In this document: one piece after another, positions 1-10,800 of the stretch
Layout: every line of letters starts with the position of its first letter
How positions within the stretch are numbered: the stretch's first letter is position 1
Assembly: GCA_964057225.1 (NCBI GenBank)
Contig: OZ059897.1
Span: 10,912,001 to 10,976,000 of the forward strand
Origin: Auanema rhodensis
Lineage: Eukaryota > Animalia > Nematoda
Length of the DNA stretch: 64,000 nucleotides
Direction of reading: 5' to 3'
The notes under the pieces: model-generated
What the model saw: only the letters and a program-made list of their open reading frames with translations
Databases searched by the model: none
Told to the model about the DNA's origin: nothing
Program-made: the position numbers and the translations under genes

Positions 1-69
1 AAATTGAAGAATCTTAGTTCATTTCAGTAACAATAAACACACTAACTTTGTTAAGTTGTTGTAATATCG

Positions 70-141
70 GCCCAAGTAGTATAGTGGTCAGTACTCCACG
101 TTGTGGCCGTGGCGACACAGATTCGATTCCTGTCTTGGGCA
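70..141 (+). tRNA. tRNA-His: tRNA-His(GUG) first copy; B-box variant G53A (GATTCGATTCC), probably impaired
   Basis: Cloverleaf: GCCCAAG/CTTGGGC acceptor, GTAT/GTAC D stem, CCACG-TTGTGGC-CGTGG anticodon arm, ACAGA/CCTGT T stem with A53.C61 mismatch, A73, then TTTTTT. Confidence 0.85.
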
Positions 142-287
142 TTTTTTGTTTTGAAATTAAAATGCTATAAAATTATTGCTTGCTTGTCTTATTAGATTTC
201 TTTAATTTGAATACTTATTCAAGTTATAACAATTTTCGATTTATTCACGTTCAATCAACTGTATTGTTTTCAAAAATAAAGACAAAA

Positions 288-340
288 TTCAATTTCTGTT
301 CATTGAATTAGAATTTTCATGTTGTCACACAGAAATTGAA
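288..340. repeat. 12-bp inverted repeat in the spacer of each monomer (TTCAATTTCTGT ... ACAGAAATTGAA, 29-nt loop; 11 bp in the TCTGG variant)
   Basis: 288-299 is the exact reverse complement of 329-340. Confidence 0.85.
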
Positions 341-401
341 GAATCTTAGTTCAATTCAGTAACAATGAACACACTAACTTTGTTAAGTTGTTGTAATATC
401 G

Positions 402-473
402 GCCCAAGTAATATAGTGGTTAGTACTCCACGTTGTGGCCGTGGCGACACAGATTCGATTCCTGTCTTGGACA
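402..473 (+). pseudogene. tRNA-His pseudogene-type copy (G10A, G53A, G71A); representative of the degenerate class
   Basis: AAGTAATATAG breaks the A box and the 10-25 pair, GATTCG breaks the B box and the 53-61 pair, CTTGGAC gives a C2.A71 mismatch. Confidence 0.8.
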
Positions 474-3400
474 TTTTTTGTTTTGAAATTAAAATGCTAC
501 AAAATTATTGCTTGCTTGTCATGTTAGATTTCTTTAATTCAAATACTTATTTAAGTTCTAACAATTTTTGATTCAATCACGTTCAATTAACTGTATTGTT
601 TTCAAAAATAAAGACATCTTTCAATTTCTGGTCATTGATTTAGAATTTTCATGTTGTCGCACAGAAATTGAAGATTCTTAGTTCAATTCAGTAACAATGA
701 ACACACTAACTTTGTTAAGTTGTTGTGATATCGGCCCAAGTAATATAGTGGTTAGTACTCCACGTTGTGGCCGTGGCGACACAGATTCGATTCCTGTCTT
801 GGGCATTTTTTGTTTTGAAATTAAAATGCTACAAAATTATTGCTTGCTTGTCATGTTAGATTTCTTTAATTTGAATACTTATTCAAGTTATAACAATTTT
901 CGATTAAATCACGTTCATTTAACTGTATTGTTTTCAAAAATAAAGACAAAATTCAGTTTCTGTTCGTTGAATTAGAATTTTCATGTTGTCACACAGAAAT
1001 TGAAGATTCTTAGTTCAATTCAGTAACAATGAACACACTAACTTTGTTAAGTTGTTGTAATATCGGCCCAAGTAATATAGTGGTTAGTACTCCACGTTGT
1101 GGCCGTGGCGACACAGATTCGATTCCTGTCTTGGGCATTTTTTGTTTTGAAATTAAAATGCTATAAACATATTGCTTGCTTGTCATGTTAGATTTCTTTA
1201 ATTCAAATACTTATTTAAGTTCTAACAATTTTTGATTTAATCACGTTCAATCAACTGTATTGTTTTCAAAAATAAAGACAAAATTCAATTTCTGTTCGTT
1301 GAATTAGAATTTTCATGTTGTCACACAGAAATTGAAGAATCTTAGTTCAATTCAGTAACAACGAACACACTAACTTTGTTAAGTTGTTGTAATATCGGCC
1401 CAAGTAATATAGTGGTTAGTACTCCACGTTGTGGCCGTGGCGACACAGATTTGATTCCTGTTTTGGGCATTTTTTGTTTTGAAATTTAAATGCTATAAAA
1501 TTATTGCTTGCTTGTCATGTTAGATTTGTTTAATTCAAATACTTATTTAAGTTCCAACAATTTTCGATTAAATCACGTTCTTTTAACTGTATTGTTTTCA
1601 AAAATAAAGACAAAATTCAATTTCTGTTCGTTGAATTAGAAATTTCATGTTGTCACACAGAAATTGAAGAATCTTAGTTCAATTCAGTAACAACGAACAC
1701 ACTAACTTTGTTAAATTGTTGTAATATCGGCCCAAGTAATATAGTGGTTAGTACTCCACGTTGTGGCCGTGGCGACACAGATTCGATTCCTGTTTTGGGC
1801 ATTTTTTGTTTTGAAATTTAAATGCTATAAAATTATTGCTTGCTTGTCATGTTAGATTTTTTTAATTTGAATACTTATTCAAGTTTTAACAATTTTGGAT
1901 TTAATCACGTTCAATCAACTGTATTGTTTTCAAAAATAAAGACATCTTTCAATTTCTGGTCATTGAATTAGAATTTTCATGTTGTCACACAGAAATTGAA
2001 GAATCTTAGTTCATTTCAGTAACAATGAACACACTAACTTTGTTAAGTTGTTGTAATATCGGCCCAAGTAATATAGTGGTTAGTACTCCACGTTGTGGCC
2101 GTGGCGACACAGGTTCGATTCCTGTCTTGGGCATTTTTTGTTTTGAAATTTAAATGCTATAAAATTATTGCTTGCTTGTCATGTTAGATTTGTTTAATTC
2201 AAATACTTATTTAAGTTCCAACAATTTTCGATTAAATCACGTTCATTTAACTGTATTGTTTTCAAAAATAAAGACAAAATTCAATTTCTGTTCGTTGAAT
2301 TAGAATTTTCATGTTGTCACACAGAAATTGAAGAATCTTAGTTCAATTCAGTAACAACGAACACACTAACTTTGTTAAGTTGTTGTAATATCGGCCCAAG
2401 TAATATAGTGGTTAGTACTCCACGTTGTGGCCGTGGCGACACAGATTCGATTCCTGTTTTGGGCATTTTTTGTTTTGAAATTTAAATGCTATAAAATTAT
2501 TGCTTGCTTGTCATGTTAGATTTTTTTAATTTGAATACTTATTCAAGTTATAACAATTTTGGATTTAATCACGTTCAATCAACTGTATTGTTTTCAAAAA
2601 TAAAGACATCTTTCAATTTCTGGTCATTGAATTAGAATTTTCATGTTGTCACACAGAAATTGAAGAATCTTAGTTCATTTCAGTAACAATAAACACACTA
2701 ACTTTGTTAAGTTGTTGTAATATCGGCCCAAGTAGTATAGTGGTCAGTACTCCACGTTGTGGCCGTGGCGACACAGATTCGATTCCTGTCTTGGGCATTT
2801 TTTGTTTTGAAATTAAAATGCTATAAAATTATTGCTTGCTTGTCTTATTAGATTTCTTTAATTTGAATACTTATTCAAGTTATAACAATTTTCGATTTAA
2901 TCACGTTCAATCAACTGTATTGTTTTCAAAAATAAAGACAAAATTCAATTTCTGTTCATTGAATTAGAATTTTCATGTTGTCACACAGAAATTGAAGAAT
3001 CTTAGTTCAATTCAGTAACAATGAACACACTAACTTTGTTAAGTTGTTGTAATATCGGCCCAAGTAATATAGTGGTTAGTACTCCACGTTGTGGCCGTGG
3101 CGACACAGATTCGATTCCTGTCTTGGACATTTTTTGTTTTGAAATTAAAATGCTACAAAATTATTGCTTGCTTGTCATGTTAGATTTCTTTAATTCAAAT
3201 ACTTATTTAAGTTCTAACAATTTTTGATTCAATCACGTTCAATTAACTGTATTGTTTTCAAAAATAAAGACATCTTTCAATTTCTGGTCATTGATTTAGA
3301 ATTTTCATGTTGTCGCACAGAAATTGAAGATTCTTAGTTCAATTCAGTAACAATGAACACACTAACTTTGTTAAGTTGTTGTGATATCGGCCCAAGTAAT

Positions 3401-5515
3401 ATAGTGGTTAGTACTCCACGTTGTGGCCGTGGCGACACAGATTCGATTCCTGTCTTGGGCATTTTTTGTTTTGAAATTAAAATGCTACAAAATTATTGCT
3501 TGCTTGTCATGTTAGATTTCTTTAATTTGAATACTTATTCAAGTTATAACAATTTTCGATTAAATCACGTTCATTTAACTGTATTGTTTTCAAAAATAAA
3601 GACAAAATTCAATTTCTGTTCGTTGAATTAGAATTTTCATGTTGTCACACAGAAATTGAAGATTCTTAGTTCAATTCAGTAACAATGAACACACTAACTT
3701 TGTTAAGTTGTTGTAATATCGGCCCAAGTAATATAGTGGTTAGTACTCCACGTTGTGGCCGTGGCGACACAGGTTCGATTCCTGTCTTGGGCATTTTTTG
3801 TTTTGAAATTTAAATGCTATAAAATTATTGCTTGCTTGTCATGTTAGATTTGTTTAATTCAAATACTTATTTAAGTTCCAACAATTTTCGATTAAATCAC
3901 GTTCATTTAACTGTATTGTTTTCAAAAATAAAGACAAAATTCAATTTCTGTTCGTTGAATTAGAATTTTCATGTTGTCACACAGAAATTGAAGAATCTTA
4001 GTTCAATTCAGTAACAACGAACACACTAACTTTGTTAAGTTGTTGTAATATCGGCCCAAGTAATATAGTGGTTAGTACTCCACGTTGTGGCCGTGGCGAC
4101 ACAGATTCGATTCCTGTTTTGGGCATTTTTTGTTTTGAAATTTAAATGCTATAAAATTATTGCTTGCTTGTCATGTTAGATTTTTTTAATTTGAATACTT
4201 ATTCAAGTTATAACAATTTTGGATTTAATCACGTTCAATCAACTGTATTGTTTTCAAAAATAAAGACATCTTTCAATTTCTGGTCATTGAATTAGAATTT
4301 TCATGTTGTCACACAGAAATTGAAGAATCTTAGTTCATTTCAGTAACAATAAACACACTAACTTTGTTAAGTTGTTGTAATATCGGCCCAAGTAGTATAG
4401 TGGTCAGTACTCCACGTTGTGGCCGTGGCGACACAGATTCGATTCCTGTCTTGGGCATTTTTTGTTTTGAAATTAAAATGCTATAAAATTATTGCTTGCT
4501 TGTCTTATTAGATTTCTTTAATTTGAATACTTATTCAAGTTATAACAATTTTCGATTTAATCACGTTCAATCAACTGTATTGTTTTCAAAAATAAAGATA
4601 AAATTCAATTTCTGTTCATTGAATTAGAATTTTCATGTTGTCACACAGAAATTGAAGAATCTTAGTTCAATTCAGTAACAATGAACACACTAATTTTGTT
4701 AAGTTGTTGTAATATCGGCCCAAGTAATATAGTGGTTAGTACTCCACGTTGTGGCCGTGGCGACACAGATTCGATTCCTGTCTTGGACATTTTTTGTTTT
4801 GAAATTAAAATGCTACAAAATTATTGCTTGCTTGTCATGTTAGATTTCTTTAATTCAAATACTTATTTAAGTTCTAACAATTTTTGATTCAATCACGTTC
4901 AATTAACTGTATTGTTTTCAAAAATAAAGACATCTTTCAATTTCTGGTCATTGATTTAGAATTTTCATGTTGTCGCACAGAAATTGAAGATTCTTAGTTC
5001 AATTCAGTAACAATGAACACACTAACTTTGTTAAGTTGTTGTGATATCGGCCCAAGTAATATAGTGGTTAGTACTCCACGTTGTGGCCGTGGCGACACAG
5101 ATTCGATTCCTGTCTTGGGCATTTTTTGTTTTGAAATTAAAATGCTACAAAATTATTGCTTGCTTGTCATGTTAGATTTGTTTAATTCAAATACTTATTT
5201 AAGTTCTAACAATTTTTGATTTAATCACGTTCAATTAACTGTATTGTTTTCAAAAATAAAGACAAAATTCAATTTCTGTTCATTGAATTAGAATTTTCAT
5301 GTTGTCACACAGAAATTGAAGAATCTTAGTTCAATTCAGTAACAATGAACACACTAACTTTGTTAAGTTGTTGTAATATCGGCCCAAGTAATATAGTGGT
5401 TAGTACTCCACGTTGTGGCCATGGCGACACAGGTTCGATTCCTGTCTTGGGCATTTTTTGTTTTGAAATTTAAATGCTATAAAATTATTGCTTGCTTGTC
5501 ATGTTAGATTTGTTT

Positions 5516-5654
5516 CCAAGGATGAAGATATGGGAAGGCGGGCCGAAAAGTACAATCTGAAATAGACAAAGTAAAGGAAAACGATAAAAACAAAACTGAA
5601 ATGGAACAAAACATAGAAAAAAGGATAAAAAATAATCGCTAACCGCGACATAGT
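5516..5654. other. ~140-bp non-array segment of unknown origin replacing most of a spacer
   Basis: Array similarity stops after ...TAGATTTGTTT (5515) and resumes at TTGTAATA (5655). The segment is A-rich on + and I saw no match elsewhere in the window. Confidence 0.9.
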
Positions 5655-5665
5655 TTGTAATACCG

Positions 5666-5731
5666 GCCCAAGTAGTATAGTGGTTAGTACTCCACGTTGT
5701 GGCCGTACAGGTTCGATTCCTGTCTTGGGCA
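5666..5731 (+). pseudogene. tRNA-His with 6-nt deletion (GGCGAC: end of anticodon stem plus variable loop); A and B boxes intact
   Basis: Reads GGCCGT-ACAGGTTCG instead of GGCCGTGGCGACACAGGTTCG. Confidence 0.9.
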
Positions 5732-6442
5732 TTTTTTGTTTTGAAATTTAAATGCTATAAAATTATTGCTTGCTTGTCATGTTAGATTTGTTTAATTTAA
5801 ATACTTATTTAAGTTCCAACAATTTTCGATTAAATCACGTTCAATTAACTGTATTGTTTTCAAAAATAAAGACAAAATTCAAAATTGCTTGCTTGTCATG
5901 TTAGATTTCTTTAATTTGAATACTTATTCAAGTTATAACAATTTTGGATTTAATCACGTTCAATCAACTGTATTGTTTTCAAAAATAAAGACATCTTTCA
6001 ATTTCTGGTCATTGAATTAGAATTTTCATGTTGTCACACAGAAATTGAAGAATATTAGTTCATTTCAGTAACAATGAACACACTAACTTTGTTAAGTTGT
6101 TGTAATATCGGCCCAAGTAGTATAGTGGTTAGTACTCCACGTTGTGGCCGTGGCGACACAGATTCGATTCCTGTCTTGGGCATTTTTTGTTTTGAAATTA
6201 AAATGCTATAAACATATTGCTTGCTTGTCATGTTAGATTTGTTTAATTCAAATACTTATTTAAGTTCTAACAATTTTCGATTAAATCACGTTCAATCAAC
6301 TGTATTGTTTTCAAAAATAAAGACATCTTTCAATTTCTGGTCATTGAATTAGAATTTTCATGTTGTCACACAGAAATTGAAGAATCTTAGTTCATTGCAG
6401 TAACAATGAACACACTAACTTTGTTAAGTTGTTGTAATATCG

Positions 6443-6476
6443 GCCCAAGTAGTATAGTGGTCAGTACTCCACGTTG
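6443..6476 (+). pseudogene. 5' half of tRNA-His truncated at G34
   Basis: GCCCAAG...CCACGTTG followed by inverted array sequence. Confidence 0.9.
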
Positions 6477-6606
6477 AAAATTGTTGGAACTTAAATAAGT
6501 ATTTGAATTAAACAAATCTAACATGACAAGCAAGCAATAATTTTATAGCATTTAAATTTCAAAACAAAAAATGCCCAAGACAGGAATCGAACCTGTGTCG
6601 CCACGG
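6477..6606 (-). repeat. Inverted monomer fragment: tRNA-His 3' half (C38-A73), terminator and part of spacer
   Basis: Reverse complement reads CCGTGGCGACACAGGTTCGATTCCTGTCTTGGGCATTTTTTG...TTCCAACAATTTT. Confidence 0.95.
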
Positions 6607-7806
6607 ATTTGAATACTTATTCAAATTATAACAATTTTCGATTTAATCACGTTCAATCAACTGTATTGTTTTCAAAAATAAAGACAAAATTCAATTTCTG
6701 TTCATTGAATTAGAATTTTCATGTTGTCACACAGAAATTGAAGAATCTTAGTTCATTTCAGTAACAATGAACACACTAACTTTGTTAAGTTGTTGTAATA
6801 TCGGCCCAAGTAATATAGTGGTTAGTACTCCACGTTGTGGCCGTGGCGACACAGGTTCGATTCCTGTCTTGGGCATTTTTTGTTTTGAAATTAAAATGCT
6901 ATAAACATATTGCTTGCTTGTCATGTTAGATTTCTTTAATTCAAATACTTATTTAAGTTCTAACAATTTTTGATTTAATCACGTTCAATCAACTGTATTG
7001 TTTTCAAAAATAAAGACAAAATTCAATTTCTGTTCGTTGAATTAGAATTTTCATGTTGTCACACAGAAATTGAAGAATCTTAGTTCATTTCAGTAACAAT
7101 GAACACACTAACTTTGTTAAGTTGTTGTAATATCGGCCCAAGTAATATAGTGGTTAGTACTCCACGTTGTGGCCGTGGCGACACAGGTTCGATTCCTGTC
7201 TTGGGCATTTTTTGTTTTGAAATTTAAATGCTATAAAATTATTGCTTGCTTGTCATGTTAGATTTGTTTAATTCAAATACTTATTTAAGTTCCAACAATT
7301 TTCGATTAAATCACGTTCATTTAACTGTATTGTTTTCAAAAATAAAGACAAAATTCAATTTCTGTTCGTTGAATTAGAATTTTCATGTTGTCACACAGAA
7401 ATTGAAGAATCTTAGTTCAATTCAGTAACAACGAACACACTAACTTTGTTAAGTTGTTGTAATATCGGCCCAAGTAATATAGTGGTTAGTACTCCACGTT
7501 GTGGCCGTGGCGACACAGGTTCGATTCCTGTCTTGGGCATTTTTTGTTTTGAAATTTAAATGCTATAAAATTATTGCTTGCTTGTCATGTTAGATTTGTT
7601 TAATTCAAATACTTATTTAAGTTCCAACAATTTTCGATTTAATCACGTTCAATCAACTGTATTGTTTTCAAAAATAAAGACATCTTTCAATTTCTGGTCA
7701 TTGAATTAGAATTTTCATGTTGTCACACAGAAATTGAAGAATCTTAGTTCATTTCAGTAACAATGAATAGAATAACTTTGTTTAGTTGTTGTAATATTGG
7801 CCCAAG

Positions 7807-7817
7807 TAGTATAGTGG
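7807..7817 (+). promoter_or_regulatory. Pol III A box (representative; TAGTATAGTGG)
   Basis: Matches the TRGYNNARNGG-type internal promoter in the D arm. Confidence 0.85.
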
Positions 7818-7849
7818 TTAGTACTCCACGTTGTGGCCGTGGCGACACA

Positions 7850-7860
7850 GGTTCGATTCC
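7850..7860 (+). promoter_or_regulatory. Pol III B box (representative; GGTTCGATTCC)
   Basis: Matches GGTTCRANTCC. Confidence 0.9.
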
Positions 7861-7871
7861 TGTCTTGGGCA

Positions 7872-7877
7872 TTTTTT
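7872..7877 (+). terminator. Pol III oligo-T terminator (representative; T6 followed by GTTTT)
   Basis: TTTTTT immediately after A73 in nearly all units. Confidence 0.9.
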
Positions 7878-10800
7878 GTTTTGAAATTAAAATGCTATAA
7901 ACATATTGCTTGCTTGTCATGTTAGATTTCTTTAATTCAAATACTTATTTAAGTTCTAACAATTTTTGATTTAATCACGTTCAATCAACTGTATTGTTTT
8001 CAAAAATAAAGACAAAATTCAATTTCTGTTCATTGAATTAGAATTTTCATGTTGTCACACAGAAATTGAAGAATCTTAGTTCAATTCAGTAACAATGAAC
8101 ACACTAACTTTGTTAAGTTGTTGTAATATCGGCCCAAGTAATATAGTGGTTAGTACTCCACGTTGTGGCCGTGGCGACACAGGTTCGATTCCTGTCTTGG
8201 GCATTTTTTGTTTTGAAATTTAAATGCTATAAAATTATTGCTTGCTTGTCATGTTAGATTTGTTTAATTCAAATACTTATTTAAGTTCCAACAATTTTCG
8301 ATTAAATCACGTTCATTTAACTGTATTGTTTTCAAAAATAAAGACAAAATTCAATTTCTGTTCGTTGAATTAGAATTTTCATGTTGTCACACAGAAATTG
8401 AAGAATCTTAGTTCAATTCAGTAACAACGAACACACTAACTTTGTTAAGTTGTTGTAATATCGGCCCAAGTAATATAGTGGTTAGTACTCCACGTTGTGG
8501 CCGTGGCGACACAGATTCGATTCCTGTTTTGGGCATTTTTTGTTTTGAAATTTAAATGCTATAAAATTATTGCTTGCTTGTCATGTTAGATTTTTTTAAT
8601 TTGAATACTTATTCAAGTTATAACAATTTTGGATTTAATCACGTTCAATCAACTGTATTGTTTTCAAAAATAAAGACATCTTTCAATTTCTGGTCATTGA
8701 ATTAGAATTTTCATGTTGTCACACAGAAATTGAAGAATCTTAGTTCATTTCAGTAACAATAAACACACTAACTTTGTTAAGTTGTTGTAATATCGGCCCA
8801 AGTAGTATAGTGGTCAGTACTCCACGTTGTGGCCGTGGCGACACAGATTCGATTCCTGTCTTGGGCATTTTTTGTTTTGAAATTAAAATGCTATAAAATT
8901 ATTGCTTGCTTGTCTTATTAGATTTCTTTAATTTGAATACTTATTCAAGTTATAACAATTTTCGATTTAATCACGTTCAATCAACTGTATTGTTTTCAAA
9001 AATAAAGACAAAATTCAATTTCTGTTCATTGAATTAGAATTTTCATGTTGTCACACAGAAATTGAAGAATCTTAGTTCAATTCAGTAACAATGAACACAC
9101 TAACTTTGTTAAGTTGTTGTAATATCGGCCCAAGTAATATAGTGGTTAGTGCTCCACGTTGTGGCCGTGGCGACAGAGATTCGATTCCTGTCTTGGACAT
9201 TTTTTGTTTTGAAATTAAAATGCTACAAAATTATTGCTTGCTTGTCATGTTAGATTTCTTTAATTCAAATACTTATTTAAGTTCTAACAATTTTTGATTC
9301 AATCACGTTCAATTAACTGTATTGTTTTCAAAAATAAAGACATCTTTCAATTTCTGGTCATTGATTTAGAATTTTCATGTTGTCACACAGAAATTGAAGA
9401 TTCTTAGTTCAATTCAGTAACAATGAACACACTAACTTTGTTAAGTTGTTGTGATATCGGCCCAAGTAATATAGTGGTTAGTACTCCACGTTGTGGCCGT
9501 GGCGACACAGATTCGATTCCTGTCTTGGGCATTTTTTGTTTTGAAATTAAAATGCTACAAAATTATTGCTTGCTTGTCATGTTAGATTTCTTTAATTTGA
9601 ATACTTATTCAAGTTATAACAATTTTTGATTTAATCACGTTCAATCAACTGTATTGTTTTCAAAAATGAAGAAATCTTTCAATTTCTGGTCATTGAATTA
9701 GAATTTTCATGTTGTCACACAGAAATTGAAGAATCTTAGTTCAATTCAGTAACAATGAACACACTAACTTTGTTAAGTTGTTGTAATATCGGCCCAAGTG
9801 ATATAGTGGTTAGTACTCCACGTTGTGGCCGTGGCGACACAGATTCGATTCCTGTCTTGGGCATTTTTTGTTTTGAAATTAAAATGCTACAAAATTATTG
9901 CTTCCTTGTCATGTTAGATATCTTTAATTTGAATACTTATTTAAGTTATAACAATTTTCGATTTAATCACGTTCAATCAACTGTATTGTTTTCAAAAATA
10001 AAGACAAAATTCAATTTCTGTTCATTGAATTAGAATTTTCATGTTGTCACACAGAAATTGAAGAATCTTAGTTCAATTCAGTAACAATGAACACACTAAC
10101 TTTGTTAAGTTGTTGTAATATCGGCCCAAGTAATATAGTGGTTAGTACTCCACGTTGTGGCCGTGGCGACACAGGTTCGATTCCTGTCTTGGGCATTTTT
10201 TGTTTTGAAATTTAAATGCTATAAAATTATTGCTTGCTTGTCATGTTAGATTTGTTTAATTCAAATACTTATTTAAGTTCCAACAATTTTCGATTAAATC
10301 ACGTTCATTTAACTGTATTGTTTTCAAAAATTAAGACAAAATTCAATTTCTGTTCGTTGAATTAGAATTTTCATGTTGTCACACAGAAATTGAAGAATCT
10401 TAGTTCAATTCAGTAACAACGAACACACTAACTTTGTTAAGTTGTTGTAATATCGGCCCAAGTAATATAGTGGTTAGTACTCCACGTTGTGACCGTGGCG
10501 ACACAGATTCGATTCCTGTTTTGGGCATTTTTTGTTTTGAAATTTAAATGCTATAAAATTATTGCTTGCTTGTCATGTTAGATTTTTTTAATTTGAATAC
10601 TTATTCAAGTTTTAACAATTTTGGATTTAATCACGTTCAATCAACTGTATTGTTTTCAAAAATAAAGACATCTTTCAATTTCTGGTCATTGAATTAGAAT
10701 TTTCATGTTGTCACACAGAAATTGAAGAATCTTAGTTCATTTCAGTAACAATGAACACACTAACTTCGTTAAGTTGTTGTAATATCGGCCCAAGTAATAT

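Larger units (their letters stand above)
7800..7871 (+). tRNA. tRNA-His: tRNA-His(GUG), canonical copy
   Basis: GCCCAAGTAGTATAGTGGTTAGTACTCCACGTTGTGGCCGTGGCGACACAGGTTCGATTCCTGTCTTGGGCA; all stems pair, A and B boxes intact. Confidence 0.95.

Noticed and set aside
70-401. 332 bp as a 2x166 dinucleosome or internal dimer
   Set aside because: No internal 166-bp similarity is visible, and the length alone is not evidence. It would need MNase data.
142-401. Second ncRNA gene (5S, snRNA, SL RNA) or Entamoeba-type STRs in the spacer
   Set aside because: The spacer is very AT-rich with no recognisable motif on either strand and no STR blocks beyond TGCTTGCTTG.
5499-5732. 77-aa hydrophobic minus-strand ORF
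   Set aside because: Product of the T-rich strand of the foreign segment fused to antisense tRNA; a compositional artefact.
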